A DNA stretch of 64,000 bases, from positions 160,001 to 224,000 of the forward strand of contig CAWCAG010000005.1 in assembly GCA_963793425.1 (NCBI GenBank), written 5' to 3'. The notes under the pieces were generated by a model. It searched no databases. It saw only the letters and a program-made list of their open reading frames with translations, and had not been told where the DNA came from. This document shows positions 1 to 10,402 of the stretch, in pieces. Source of the stretch: an uncultured cyanobacterium. GTDB taxonomy: Bacteria > Cyanobacteriota > Cyanobacteriia > Cyanobacteriales > CAWCAG01. A program made the position numbers and the translations under genes. Position 1 is the stretch's first letter. Every line of letters starts with the position of its first letter.

Positions 1-235
1 CACCTTCTCGAAATGCAACAATCCCATTTGGTTAGTTAACTTTAGTCCCTTTGGTAAGATGATCATCAGCGCTAGCCAAGACCGTACTATTGAACTTTGG
101 AACCGGGAAACTAGCCAATGCCTAAAAACCCTAAGAACTGATAAACCCTACGACGGTACTAATATTCAAGGAGTTACGGGCATCACCCCAGCCCAACAAG
201 CCACCTTGAAAGCTTTAGGGGCGCATTCCTTTTAG
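1..235 (+). CDS. 3' end of a WD40-repeat protein, probably NB-ARC/NACHT-WD40 STAND type (partial)
   Basis: Frame 2 reads ...IWLVNFSPFGKMIISASQDRTIELWNRETSQCLKTLRTDKPYDGTNIQGVTGITPAQQATLKALGAHSF*: a last WD40 blade plus the typical cyanobacterial STAND-WD40 tail. Confidence 0.85.
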   Translation, partial: TFSKCNNPIWLVNFSPFGKMIISASQDRTIELWNRETSQCLKTLRTDKPYDGTNIQGVTGITPAQQATLKALGAHSF

Positions 236-465
236 TAGTGATGGCTTCTCACCTTATACTTCATCTAAATCTTCAATGCTTTCACGGAAGAAAAAGTTCT
301 TAGATTATGGCATTAATAAAGTGATAGCTACCTAAATCATCAAAGAAACTTACTATTTTCCTTCAACGTCAACCCTAACTGCATAACTATTAGTAGCTAG
401 GATATAAATATTATTAGCTGACCTTTGCTCCTTACCCTTCCCTGAAAAATTGGGAGTGTTGATTT

Positions 466-1686
466 GTGACTGACTCATTATCCAACTATTACAACCGCGA
501 AACCACTTCAGATGAGGATTTTCTCTATACTCATCTACGAGAATGCGCCCAAAGAGAAACTCCTGAAAAGCTGATTGCTCGTTTCCGCCTCCTCTTCATC
601 GAAGGAAGCAATTATCCTAATACCCAAATTCGTTTGTCATTAGAAAGAATCATCCTTTCGGATTTTGCCGCTAGGGAGTTTAAGTTTATCCTCAATCGTA
701 GTTGCTATATTTTCATCAATAGTTGGTTAAAACAGCCGCGCTTCAAAACTGCTATTCCTCGCTTAATTGCAATTTTCAACACCTTACCAAATCAAGCTGC
801 CACTTCTCGCACCACCCAACGTCTTCGCTCTTTAATCAGAAATTTTCAGCAAACTGAGCAATACCGTTCCTTAAGACATTTAGCCGAAGTCTTCGCCCAA
901 AGCAGCCAGCATAACCACACAGAAGCAACTCCTTTAAGAAGCTTTATCGGTCGCTACCCTTGTCTTTATGAACATTGTTTGCTTACCAATGATAGCAACG
1001 ACGAGCAACGGCAAAAAATTCGGCTCATCAAAGAGCAAGCGCAACGGAAGTTTGAAGTAGATTTATCTAAATATGTCACCTACCAGAAGTTGCAACGTTC
1101 CCAAAATCACCTGACGAACCCTACTTTACTTAGTGATGGGGAATTAAACTATGCGATCCAACATTTCACCGGCAAAGTTGACAATAGCAACACCTATCGC
1201 GACTTGGCCACAAGATTTCGTACCTCAAGCCGTTGGACACCTTGCTACCGAACCTTTAAAGAAGAATTATACGACCACTTAACCGCTTCGATTGACCCCA
1301 GATATGGTAATGGTCATTTTAACCGACGACTTTATGAACATTTGCAAACTACCCTGGTAGAAAATGACTCTCAGCAACTTAGTGAAAATCTCCTCCACAA
1401 AACCTGTCGCAAGCTCTTAGATTTCCTCGTAGTAGAAAGTAGCGAAAACCCTGCTCACTACGTTTTCTCTGATATCATCACTAACTTAGGTGCAACACCA
1501 ACAGTTGGTTTATTGCTCAAAGTTGTTTTACTCTGTGATAAAGTTAAGCCTTATTTAGAAAAGCAATTTGCTATTCTGTTTAATCACTACGAGAGTTTTA
1601 CCAAAAACAAAGTTGTTTGGTTAGTGAAGTCTTTGGAAAACCTAAATATTGCCTTTAGCACTCATTTTGGTTCAATTAAAGTTTAA
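466..1686 (+). CDS. Cyanobacterial hypothetical protein, predicted mostly helical (406 aa)
   Basis: Long ORF, GTG start preceded by GGGAG; no catalytic motif recognised. Confidence 0.8.
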   Translation: MTDSLSNYYNRETTSDEDFLYTHLRECAQRETPEKLIARFRLLFIEGSNYPNTQIRLSLERIILSDFAAREFKFILNRSCYIFINSWLKQPRFKTAIPRLIAIFNTLPNQAATSRTTQRLRSLIRNFQQTEQYRSLRHLAEVFAQSSQHNHTEATPLRSFIGRYPCLYEHCLLTNDSNDEQRQKIRLIKEQAQRKFEVDLSKYVTYQKLQRSQNHLTNPTLLSDGELNYAIQHFTGKVDNSNTYRDLATRFRTSSRWTPCYRTFKEELYDHLTASIDPRYGNGHFNRRLYEHLQTTLVENDSQQLSENLLHKTCRKLLDFLVVESSENPAHYVFSDIITNLGATPTVGLLLKVVLLCDKVKPYLEKQFAILFNHYESFTKNKVVWLVKSLENLNIAFSTHFGSIKV

Positions 1687-1736
1687 AGTCATTGAACATT
1701 AAACATTAAACATTTGTCGTTGGTTAACAACAGATT

Positions 1737-2786
1737 TTAGACAGGGAGTTCAAAATCACCTTGACAGTAAGCTGTCAGAATCTTGATGCAGTTTGCGATC
1801 GCACCTAAATGAGCAATTTCGTAACCGTGGGTATTTTCAGTAGGAAATCCTAAACAAGCACCTCTAGCTATATGTCCGAATTTCATAGCAATAGAAGCGT
1901 CACTACCAAAACCGCTAATAGCTGCGAGTTGTAGAGGCACACTAGCTTGATCTGCGGCTTTCCTAATTTCTTGGTTTAATCCTTCATCATAAATGCCATA
2001 ACCATCTTGGGAAAGCAACACAGGAAAGCTGCCCGGTAAGATAGGATATTCTGGGGACAAAGGACAAATTTCCAAGGCAATTAAGGAGTCTAATTTTTGA
2101 TTTCTAGTAAAATACAATGCTCCAACTGCTCCGACTTCTTCTTTCGCTGAAGCGACTAAATAAACATCTTTAACGGGGTTTTTTATTTGTTGAGCTAAGG
2201 CAAATAAAATAGCAACAGAAGCTTTATTATCTAAAGTATAACTACCAATATAATCTTTAATACGTAGAGGCTTCTTCCGATGTTTTCCTACCACCACTCT
2301 ACTACCTGGTCGTACTCCCAATCCTGCTAATTCTTCTGGGCTACGTTTGGTTTCTACCCAAGCATTTTCCCACTTCAAAGGGGCATTATCTTGTAAAGCT
2401 TTTTGAGGAGATTCGTGAGAGACATGGCGAGAACCAAAAGAAAGAATTCCGGCAATGGTTTCCCCATCACCAATAATATCAACAACTCCTTCTCCATAAA
2501 CCCAAGGGAAAGAACCTCCTAAGCGACGAACATCTAAACAACCATCTTGATCAATATTCTTAACTATGGCTCCAATTTCATCTTTATGGGCGGTTATGGC
2601 GATCGCCCTTTGAGGATTTTGCCCCGGAATTCTAGCAATTATATTTCCGGCGCGATCTTGCCATACTTCTACTCCAAACTGAGTAAATTTTCGTTGCAAC
2701 AAAACATCAATTTCTGTTTCCATGCCGCTAGGAGAATGATGGAAAACTAGTTCTTCGATTGTGGTAAATAACTCGTCGTATTGCAT
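1737..2786 (-). CDS. M42 family metallopeptidase
   Basis: SPSGME, AHKDEIG, LDNKAS, EEVG, GSDA and THGYE motifs. Confidence 0.9.
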   Translation of the reverse strand: MQYDELFTTIEELVFHHSPSGMETEIDVLLQRKFTQFGVEVWQDRAGNIIARIPGQNPQRAIAITAHKDEIGAIVKNIDQDGCLDVRRLGGSFPWVYGEGVVDIIGDGETIAGILSFGSRHVSHESPQKALQDNAPLKWENAWVETKRSPEELAGLGVRPGSRVVVGKHRKKPLRIKDYIGSYTLDNKASVAILFALAQQIKNPVKDVYLVASAKEEVGAVGALYFTRNQKLDSLIALEICPLSPEYPILPGSFPVLLSQDGYGIYDEGLNQEIRKAADQASVPLQLAAISGFGSDASIAMKFGHIARGACLGFPTENTHGYEIAHLGAIANCIKILTAYCQGDFELPV

Positions 2787-2845
2787 TTAGGGTAGGGATG
2801 TGGGATCTGGGGAGCTAGACTGATCATTGACGAGCCAAAACGCAA

Positions 2846-3325
2846 TTAACAACGAAGAATCGACCATTGCTCAGGATTGGACTTATTTACTACCTTCACA
2901 TCCGAGTAGGTTTTGATCCATAAACTCGCCCCACAATCCTGGGGCTTTTCCGGACAATAAATGATCTGACAATAGCCAAATATCTCTAATTCATGACCAC
3001 GAATGCTCCTTGAACCATGTCTGACCGTTACAACATCTTTCAAGGCTACTTCAGCCCCTTGTTGAGCAATCCTCTTCTCGTTAGTAGTGATGTGGTTTTT
3101 ATTGACATAAATAGTTTTTGGTCCCCGTCCCTTTGTGGTACTCCAACGAGGTTTAGGTCCTCTAGTGCCACGAGAAATCTTGGGTTTGCCCTTGTATAAA
3201 GGTATCACCCAACCTGTCCGCTTTTTGTAAGCGCCTTTAATGCGTTGTTGTTGAAGTAAGTAGAGAACTCTTCTTTGAGAGACTCTCAACATTTCGGCAG
3301 CAATAGAGGTGTTGATGAATTCCAT
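2846..3325 (-). CDS. HTH (excisionase/MerR-like) DNA-binding protein with an uncharacterised C-terminal domain; paralog of 39772..40239
   Basis: ORF track 2846..3388; start moved to ATG 3325 (MEFINT) by alignment with the paralog; T..AA..L.VS.RRV..LL...RI.GAYK HTH pattern. Confidence 0.8.
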   Translation of the reverse strand: MEFINTSIAAEMLRVSQRRVLYLLQQQRIKGAYKKRTGWVIPLYKGKPKISRGTRGPKPRWSTTKGRGPKTIYVNKNHITTNEKRIAQQGAEVALKDVVTVRHGSRSIRGHELEIFGYCQIIYCPEKPQDCGASLWIKTYSDVKVVNKSNPEQWSILRC

Positions 3326-3660
3326 GGGAAAATGGGGTTTTAAACTCTTCTCGAATAGTATTTTAGCTAAAAAGGGACTGAAAAGCAATCTTTTTTTTGC
3401 AAAACTTAAAATCAGGAAAAAAGATTGCCCTTCAACTTGAAGTTACAATACCTACAATGGGCTTATCTGATAGAGACGCTTGCGCGATAGCTACCATCAA
3501 CTCATCAATATAATGTCGCTACAAGATTCTCAAGCGCTTGTCATGGAAAAAAAGTCAAGTTGCTGTAACATTCCCTCAGATTCCCATTAATGTTAATCTG
3601 AAAGGTGGCAAATTTCACAATTACTTAAGAGTTCCTCTAGCTTACTCACAAGCTAACTAA

Positions 3661-5127
<1,467 letters not shown>

Positions 5128-5150
5128 AGTAACAAGTTACAGGTTAGGAG

Positions 5151-5194
5151 GAGCAACCCAGTACTGATAATCTTCTAGGGGGGTTGCTCTTTTA
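5151..5194 (+). terminator. Intercistronic hairpin with U-tract between atpD and atpC
   Basis: GAGCAACCC (5151-5159) / GGGTTGCTC (5181-5189) followed by TTTT. Confidence 0.5.
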
Positions 5195-5228
5195 CCAACA
5201 ACTAATAATCAAGAAGCAATAACTAAAA

Positions 5229-5639
5229 ATGACATTAACAGTGCGCGTAGTTTCTCCAGATAAAACTGTCTGGGATGCTGAAGCAGAAGAAGTGGTTTTG
5301 CCTAGTACCACAGGACAACTAGGAATATTGAGCAATCACGCTCCTCTTTTAACGGCCTTAGATATCGGTGTAATGCGGGTTCGTCCTGGTAAAGATTGGA
5401 CTGCGATCGCCTTAATGGGGGGTTTTGCTGAAGTCGAAAATAATACAGTAACTATTTTAGTTAATGGGGCTGAAGCAGGAGAAAGCATTGATAAAGAAGC
5501 AGCTCGTAGCGCTTTTGAAACAGCCCAGCAGCGCGTTGACGAACTAAGTCAGGGAGAAGACCGCCAAGAACAAATTAAGGCTCTACAAGCTTTAAAGAGG
5601 TCTAGGGCAAGGTTTCAAGCCGCCGGTGGTATGGCTTGA
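5229..5639 (+). CDS. atpC: F0F1 ATP synthase epsilon subunit (cyanobacterial name atpE)
   Basis: [21 protein letters not shown]; follows the beta subunit gene. Confidence 0.98.
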   Translation: MTLTVRVVSPDKTVWDAEAEEVVLPSTTGQLGILSNHAPLLTALDIGVMRVRPGKDWTAIALMGGFAEVENNTVTILVNGAEAGESIDKEAARSAFETAQQRVDELSQGEDRQEQIKALQALKRSRARFQAAGGMA

Positions 5640-5662
5640 CTTAAAGTCAATTTACATAAGAC

Positions 5663-5708
5663 AAAAATTGGGACAGACTCATTTGTTAAGTCTGTCCCAA
5701 TTTCTTTT
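5663..5708. terminator. Bidirectional intrinsic terminator
   Basis: 15-bp inverted repeat AAATTGGGACAGACT / AGTCTGTCCCAATTT between convergent atpC and ycf65. Confidence 0.8.
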
Positions 5709-5737
5709 GGAAATGAAAATTGAAATGAAAACAAAAT

Positions 5738-6040
5738 TCAATTACTGCCGCTAAATACCACTTCGGGAAATTTAGTTTGGGCCATTGTCATTGAAACCTT
5801 TTTACCTTCCTCTTGCCAATAGTTAATGACTTCAGTGGCGTTATTAAGTATATCAATGCGCTCTTCTTCAGAAATCCAATGTTTAGATTCCATTTGGTCT
5901 TTTAACTGTTCCCAGGCATCATCCCTAGGCCAAAAGTAGTAAGCGGTTAAAGGGCTACTCCCCTTGCCTACTACTTGATCTACAGCAATTGCTACGTTCT
6001 TGTCTAACCAAAGAACTTTTAAAATAAACCTTGACTCCAA
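5738..6040 (-). CDS. ycf65: 30S ribosomal protein PSRP-3 (Ycf65)
   Basis: [18 protein letters not shown]...[17 protein letters not shown] track starts at 6052, but GGAGG favours TTG at 6040. Confidence 0.93.
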   Translation of the reverse strand: MESRFILKVLWLDKNVAIAVDQVVGKGSSPLTAYYFWPRDDAWEQLKDQMESKHWISEEERIDILNNATEVINYWQEEGKKVSMTMAQTKFPEVVFSGSN

Positions 6041-6131
6041 GTACACCTCCAACGGAGTGATTAAGCTACCCTCAAATTTATGCAGTCTCTAATTATATAG
6101 CAATTCTAGTTTTAATTGATTAAAATGTCTT

Positions 6132-6242
6132 AGGACTTACGCAGTGAAACGAAAAATCGATAGTTTCAGGCAGAGGGTTGGCGCTTATGGTTACTGTAGA
6201 CGAAGGGAACAGAGGATTACAGGCACTGAGTGCGTAAGTCCT
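6132..6242. mobile_element. MITE-like element (111 bp) with 12-bp terminal inverted repeats
   Basis: AGGACTTACGCA (6132-6143) / TGCGTAAGTCCT (6231-6242); non-coding interior. Confidence 0.65.
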
Positions 6243-6348
6243 GTATTATTGTTTACCCCAAGCCGATATCGAGAAACATCATAACTATAAAACCCAATAC
6301 TATTCCCATAGAAGAGGTCTAATGTTTAATAATAGGCTGTCTTGCTTA

Positions 6349-7020
6349 TTATTGTTTAATCTGATGACGTAACCAAGCAAACCAAGTCTCTAAGCCCTGT
6401 CCTGTTTCGGCAGAGAGGGGAATAATAGTGATATGGGGGTTCATCTGGCGTACATTAGCTTCAATGCGTTCCAGATCCACTTTTAAATAGGGTACTAAGT
6501 CAGTTTTGGTAATTAGTAAGCAGTCTGCTTCTTGGAACATGATGGGGTATTTGAGGGGTTTGTCTTCTCCTTCTGTTACACTAAGCAGAGCAACTTTGCC
6601 ATGTTCTCCTACCTCAAATTCTGCTGGACAAACTAAGTTGCCGACGTTTTCTACCATTACTAAGTCAAACTCAAAAGGATTATATTCTTCTGCTAAAGTG
6701 TGGATGCCTCCAGCAACCATTTTTGAGTCTAGGTGACAGGAACGCCCGGTATTAATGGCAATGACAGGAATGTTATACTGTCGTAGGCGTTCAGCATCTA
6801 ATTCTGTGGTCATATCTCCTTCGATTACTGCCATCTTTAATTCCTGATTGAGGGCAGCTAAGGTGCGTTCCAATAACACTGTTTTTCCGGCCCCAGGACT
6901 ACTCATTAAATTGAGACAAGTAATTCCCCATTTGTCAAAATGGCTGCGGTTATGATCTGCCCCTGTTTGGTTTGCATGGAGTAGATTAATTTCTAAAGCA
7001 GCATCGAAAGTTTGGTGCAT
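6349..7020 (-). CDS. hypB: HypB-family nickel-insertion GTPase, short form (GhaB/HypB2-like)
   Basis: [39 protein letters not shown]; no N-terminal CxxCGC or His-rich arm. Confidence 0.93.
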   Translation of the reverse strand: MHQTFDAALEINLLHANQTGADHNRSHFDKWGITCLNLMSSPGAGKTVLLERTLAALNQELKMAVIEGDMTTELDAERLRQYNIPVIAINTGRSCHLDSKMVAGGIHTLAEEYNPFEFDLVMVENVGNLVCPAEFEVGEHGKVALLSVTEGEDKPLKYPIMFQEADCLLITKTDLVPYLKVDLERIEANVRQMNPHITIIPLSAETGQGLETWFAWLRHQIKQ

Positions 7021-7022
7021 TT

Positions 7023-7403
7023 TCAGTTATCAATTTGGTTGGCTTTTATATGGTTATGGGAATATTCTATGTGATCAATTTTTAATTCTCTTCCTGAACG
7101 GATGTCTTCCATCGGACTTTTACAAGCGGGACAGGTATATTGTTGACCAATCTTTGGTTGATATTCTTGTTGACATTGGTGACAAAAAGCAACTAAGGGA
7201 GTTTCTTTAATTACTAGTTTTGTTCCCGCCAAAAAAGTGTTTTGGGTTTGCACTTCAAAAGCAAACTGTAAGCTAGCAGGTTCAACACAGGTGAAGGTTC
7301 CCACTATTAAATGAATAGTTTCAATCTTGGTTCTTTTGAGTTGGTTATTTTGCCAATCTTTCACTGTCAAAATGAGAGATTTAGTCATATCAATTTCGTG
7401 CAT
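7023..7403 (-). CDS. hypA: HypA-family nickel metallochaperone (GhaA/HypA2-like)
   Basis: MHE N-terminus, CHQC and CPAC zinc finger, GREL. Confidence 0.93.
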   Translation of the reverse strand: MHEIDMTKSLILTVKDWQNNQLKRTKIETIHLIVGTFTCVEPASLQFAFEVQTQNTFLAGTKLVIKETPLVAFCHQCQQEYQPKIGQQYTCPACKSPMEDIRSGRELKIDHIEYSHNHIKANQIDN

Positions 7404-7411
7404 TTTGGATT

Positions 7412-8731
7412 TTATAAAGTAAATTCAGCGAAGTCTCCTGATGAATTCGTGTTCTTAGCATTACTTTGAGCTTGTTGAAACTCAGAACTGTGAATTAATT
7501 CTTGAAAAGAAAGTTGGGGATTTTGTTGCAAGATATTCAGGACACTAATAAAATCTCTGACAACTTCCCTTGGTGTAGAAAGTTTTTCCGCCCCTAAACG
7601 CTGTGTTACTGCTTGTTTGAATTCTTGTATCTGAGTTTTGGTAATGCTCTTTTTATATTTATAATGAATGCTATGAACAGAAGCTAGCCTTTGTAAAAGT
7701 TGGTCTAACTCTTCAGAATTTAGAGCTTCTAAATTAATAACCGGAGCAGAATTGTCTTGCAATCCTTCTTTAACAAAACGACTTTTCGCTAAGCGAGTAC
7801 GCCAAGCTTCATCACTATAAAGTCCCCGACGGGTATCTTCAATAAAAGTTGGAGTTCCCCCAATAACTATACTTAAGTGTTCTGCTTTTCCTTGCATCAC
7901 ATCATTAAATATTGCTAGTAATTTATCGTAATTACTTTGACGAGAACGGGTATGGGCAATTTTGTATAAATGAACTGTTTCATCTAGTAAAACAATTAAC
8001 CCTTTGTAACCAATATCAAAACAAAATTGGGCAAATAATTTAATATAATCGTACCAAGTATCATCATCAATAATTACCTTAACTCCTAAAGCTTGTTTAG
8101 CTTCGGTTTTAGTCGCAAATTCTCCCCTTAACCAACGCAAAGCCGCATCTTGTTTATCGCTATCATCTTCGCGATAACCCCGCCAATAAGCAATAATCAC
8201 ATTAGCAAAATCAAAGCCATGAACCAAACCTTCTAAATTATCAACAACTTCCCGAATTTTCAACTCAACTCGCTCATCAAAATCATCTTCCCCAGGATGT
8301 TTACCCGTTGCTTGAGCTACTTGAGATAAAATTGAACTAAGCCACTTTTCTAAAATCAAGGCGATCGCACCACCATTAGGATTAGTGCGGGTAGCCAAAT
8401 TTTTCATCAATTCCCGATAAGTAGCCAAAGCCTGGTTTTTGCTTCCTGCCAAACGTCTTTCTGCGGAAATATCTGCATCAGCAACCACAAAACCTTTTTC
8501 CATAGCTTGGTTACGCAAAAGCTGTAGCAAAAAGCTTTTCCCTGCCCCATAACGCCCTACCACAAAGCGAAAAGCTGCCCCTCCTTCCCCGACATTTTCC
8601 AAATCTTGAGCTAAAGCAGCTACTTCTTTATCCCTACCCACCGCAATATGTTCTAAGCCAATTCGCGGTACAACTCCTGCTGCTAAGGCATTAAGGAGGG
8701 CTGTTGATACCCGTTTGGAAACTTTCTGCAT
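7412..8731 (-). CDS. DUF2791 / BrxC-BrxD-like P-loop ATPase
   Basis: AGVVPRIGL...VGR N-terminus, Walker A GRYGAGKS, ALRWLRGE, Walker B IVLLDE, TPREVVRDF. Confidence 0.85.
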   Translation of the reverse strand: MQKVSKRVSTALLNALAAGVVPRIGLEHIAVGRDKEVAALAQDLENVGEGGAAFRFVVGRYGAGKSFLLQLLRNQAMEKGFVVADADISAERRLAGSKNQALATYRELMKNLATRTNPNGGAIALILEKWLSSILSQVAQATGKHPGEDDFDERVELKIREVVDNLEGLVHGFDFANVIIAYWRGYREDDSDKQDAALRWLRGEFATKTEAKQALGVKVIIDDDTWYDYIKLFAQFCFDIGYKGLIVLLDETVHLYKIAHTRSRQSNYDKLLAIFNDVMQGKAEHLSIVIGGTPTFIEDTRRGLYSDEAWRTRLAKSRFVKEGLQDNSAPVINLEALNSEELDQLLQRLASVHSIHYKYKKSITKTQIQEFKQAVTQRLGAEKLSTPREVVRDFISVLNILQQNPQLSFQELIHSSEFQQAQSNAKNTNSSGDFAEFTL

Positions 8732-8796
8732 TGTTATTGTTATCTATACTTAAGAATTATTAGACTAAACCAAAGTTTGTTTACTTGGTGCATTTT

Positions 8797-9828
8797 ATGA
8801 GTTCTTCAAATTCTACACCTGCCTCCCCCCAAATGCCTCCTCAAGCTAAAATGATGCAAATGGTAACAGGATGTTGGCTTTCTCAATGTATCTATGTTGC
8901 CGCAAAACTAAATTTAGCGGATCTCCTTAAAGATGGTTCTCGCTCTTGCGACAATTTAGCAGAGGCTACAGGAACTAACAGTAATTCCCTTTATCGTTTA
9001 CTCCGAGCTTTAGCTAGTGTAGATATTTTTGCTCAAACAGAACCGGGACATTTTCAACTTACCCCTTTAGCTGCTACTTTACAAAGCGATAGTTCTAACT
9101 CCCTCAAAAGTTTTGCTCTTCTGATTGGAGGAGAAGGTTATCAAATGTGGGGTGAACTTCCCTACAGTGTTGAGACAGGAAAAGAAGCCTATACAAAGCA
9201 ACGCGGTATGCCTTTGTTTACTTACTACCAAGAAAATCCGCAAGCAGCAGCAATATTCAATCAAGCCATGACAAATTTGTCGGCTTTAGAGCAAGCGGCG
9301 GTTGTAGAAGCTTATGATTTCACAGGCATTAACAAATTGGTTGACGTAGCTGGAGGTTGTGGTAGTCAGCTTGCTACTATTCTGCAAGCATATCCTCAAA
9401 TGCAGGGAATATTGCTGGATCTCCCGAAAGTTATCGCCCCAGCCGAAGCTTTCTTGACAGAAAAAGCAGTAAGCGATCGCACTCAATTAGTTCCCGGAAA
9501 TTTCTTTGAGGAAATCCCATCAGGAGGAGATGCTTACCTTCTCAAACACATTATTCACGATTGGGAAGATCCTCAAGCACTTACCATCCTCCAACGTTGT
9601 TACCAAGCAATGCCCGAAGGAGGGCGTTTGTTAATTATTGAGGAAATAATTCCTCCTGATAATCAACCTTCCACTACTAAGTTCTGGGACTTAACTATGT
9701 TGATCATGTGTGGTGGCAAAGAACGAACGGCTCAAGAGTACCAACAGTTGCTCAAAGCCGCTAATTTTGCATTAAATCGCATTGTACCGACAAAATCAAA
9801 TGTTAGTGTGATTGAGGCGGTTAAGTAG
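8797..9828 (+). CDS. SAM-dependent O-methyltransferase (dimerisation domain + Methyltransf_2)
   Basis: VDVAGGCG, GNFF, KHIIHDW, GGKERT; ORF track start 8785. Confidence 0.92.
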   Translation: MSSSNSTPASPQMPPQAKMMQMVTGCWLSQCIYVAAKLNLADLLKDGSRSCDNLAEATGTNSNSLYRLLRALASVDIFAQTEPGHFQLTPLAATLQSDSSNSLKSFALLIGGEGYQMWGELPYSVETGKEAYTKQRGMPLFTYYQENPQAAAIFNQAMTNLSALEQAAVVEAYDFTGINKLVDVAGGCGSQLATILQAYPQMQGILLDLPKVIAPAEAFLTEKAVSDRTQLVPGNFFEEIPSGGDAYLLKHIIHDWEDPQALTILQRCYQAMPEGGRLLIIEEIIPPDNQPSTTKFWDLTMLIMCGGKERTAQEYQQLLKAANFALNRIVPTKSNVSVIEAVK

Positions 9829-9928
9829 CTGGGGAGCTGGGGAAATGGGGAGCTAGGGAGCTAGGCAGCTGGGGAGATAGAATAATTAGCAACTAGCGAT
9901 TAGCAACTAGCAAATTAGCAAATTAGCA
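9829..9928. repeat. Octamer (CTGGGGAG-type) and heptamer (AATTAGC-type) short tandem repeats
   Basis: Degenerate tandem units seen directly. Confidence 0.8.
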
Positions 9929-10378
9929 ATGAACAACACAAAACTACCAATAATTGGTTGGCGAGAATATCTTGCTTTACCAGAATTAGGCATTGAGCAA
10001 ATTAAAGCTAAAATTGATACCGGGGCACGTTCCTCCGCTCTCCATGCTTTTGATATTGAAACTTTTGAACGTGATGGTAAACAAAGAGTTCGTTTCAAAG
10101 TACATCCCAATCAAAAAGATACTCAATCTGTAGTCAGTGCAGAAGCCGAAATATTGGATCAACGAGAAGTACGCAACTCCGGAGGCAAAGCGGAATTACG
10201 CATCTTTATTCAAACAACTGTAGAATTAGGGGGGCGTAGCTGGGCTGTGGAGTTGACCTTAACTAACCGCGATGCCATGGGTTTCCGTATGTTACTAGGT
10301 CGTCAAGGGGTGCGGGAAAAATTTTTGGTTGATACCAATAATTCCTTTATCCAAAGTGGCCAAGAAATGAAAAAATAG
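9929..10378 (+). CDS. RimK-associated retropepsin-like protease (RimB / 'ATP-dependent Zn protease' family)
   Basis: IGWRE, AKIDTGARSSALHA, MLLGR; directly upstream of rimK. Confidence 0.88.
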   Translation: MNNTKLPIIGWREYLALPELGIEQIKAKIDTGARSSALHAFDIETFERDGKQRVRFKVHPNQKDTQSVVSAEAEILDQREVRNSGGKAELRIFIQTTVELGGRSWAVELTLTNRDAMGFRMLLGRQGVREKFLVDTNNSFIQSGQEMKK

Positions 10379-10402
10379 AAGCACTGGATAGGTAAGTAAC
10401 CC

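Noticed and set aside
2846..3325. IS, prophage or DGR origin of the HTH paralogs
   Set aside because: No transposase, integrase, reverse transcriptase, shared termini or template repeat seen in the window
6349..7403. Hydrogenase maturation cluster
   Set aside because: No hypCDEF, hox or hup genes nearby, and the HypB is the short type
7412..8731. Complete BREX defence system
   Set aside because: Only the ATPase is present; no pglX, pglZ, brxA/B/L or helicase in the window
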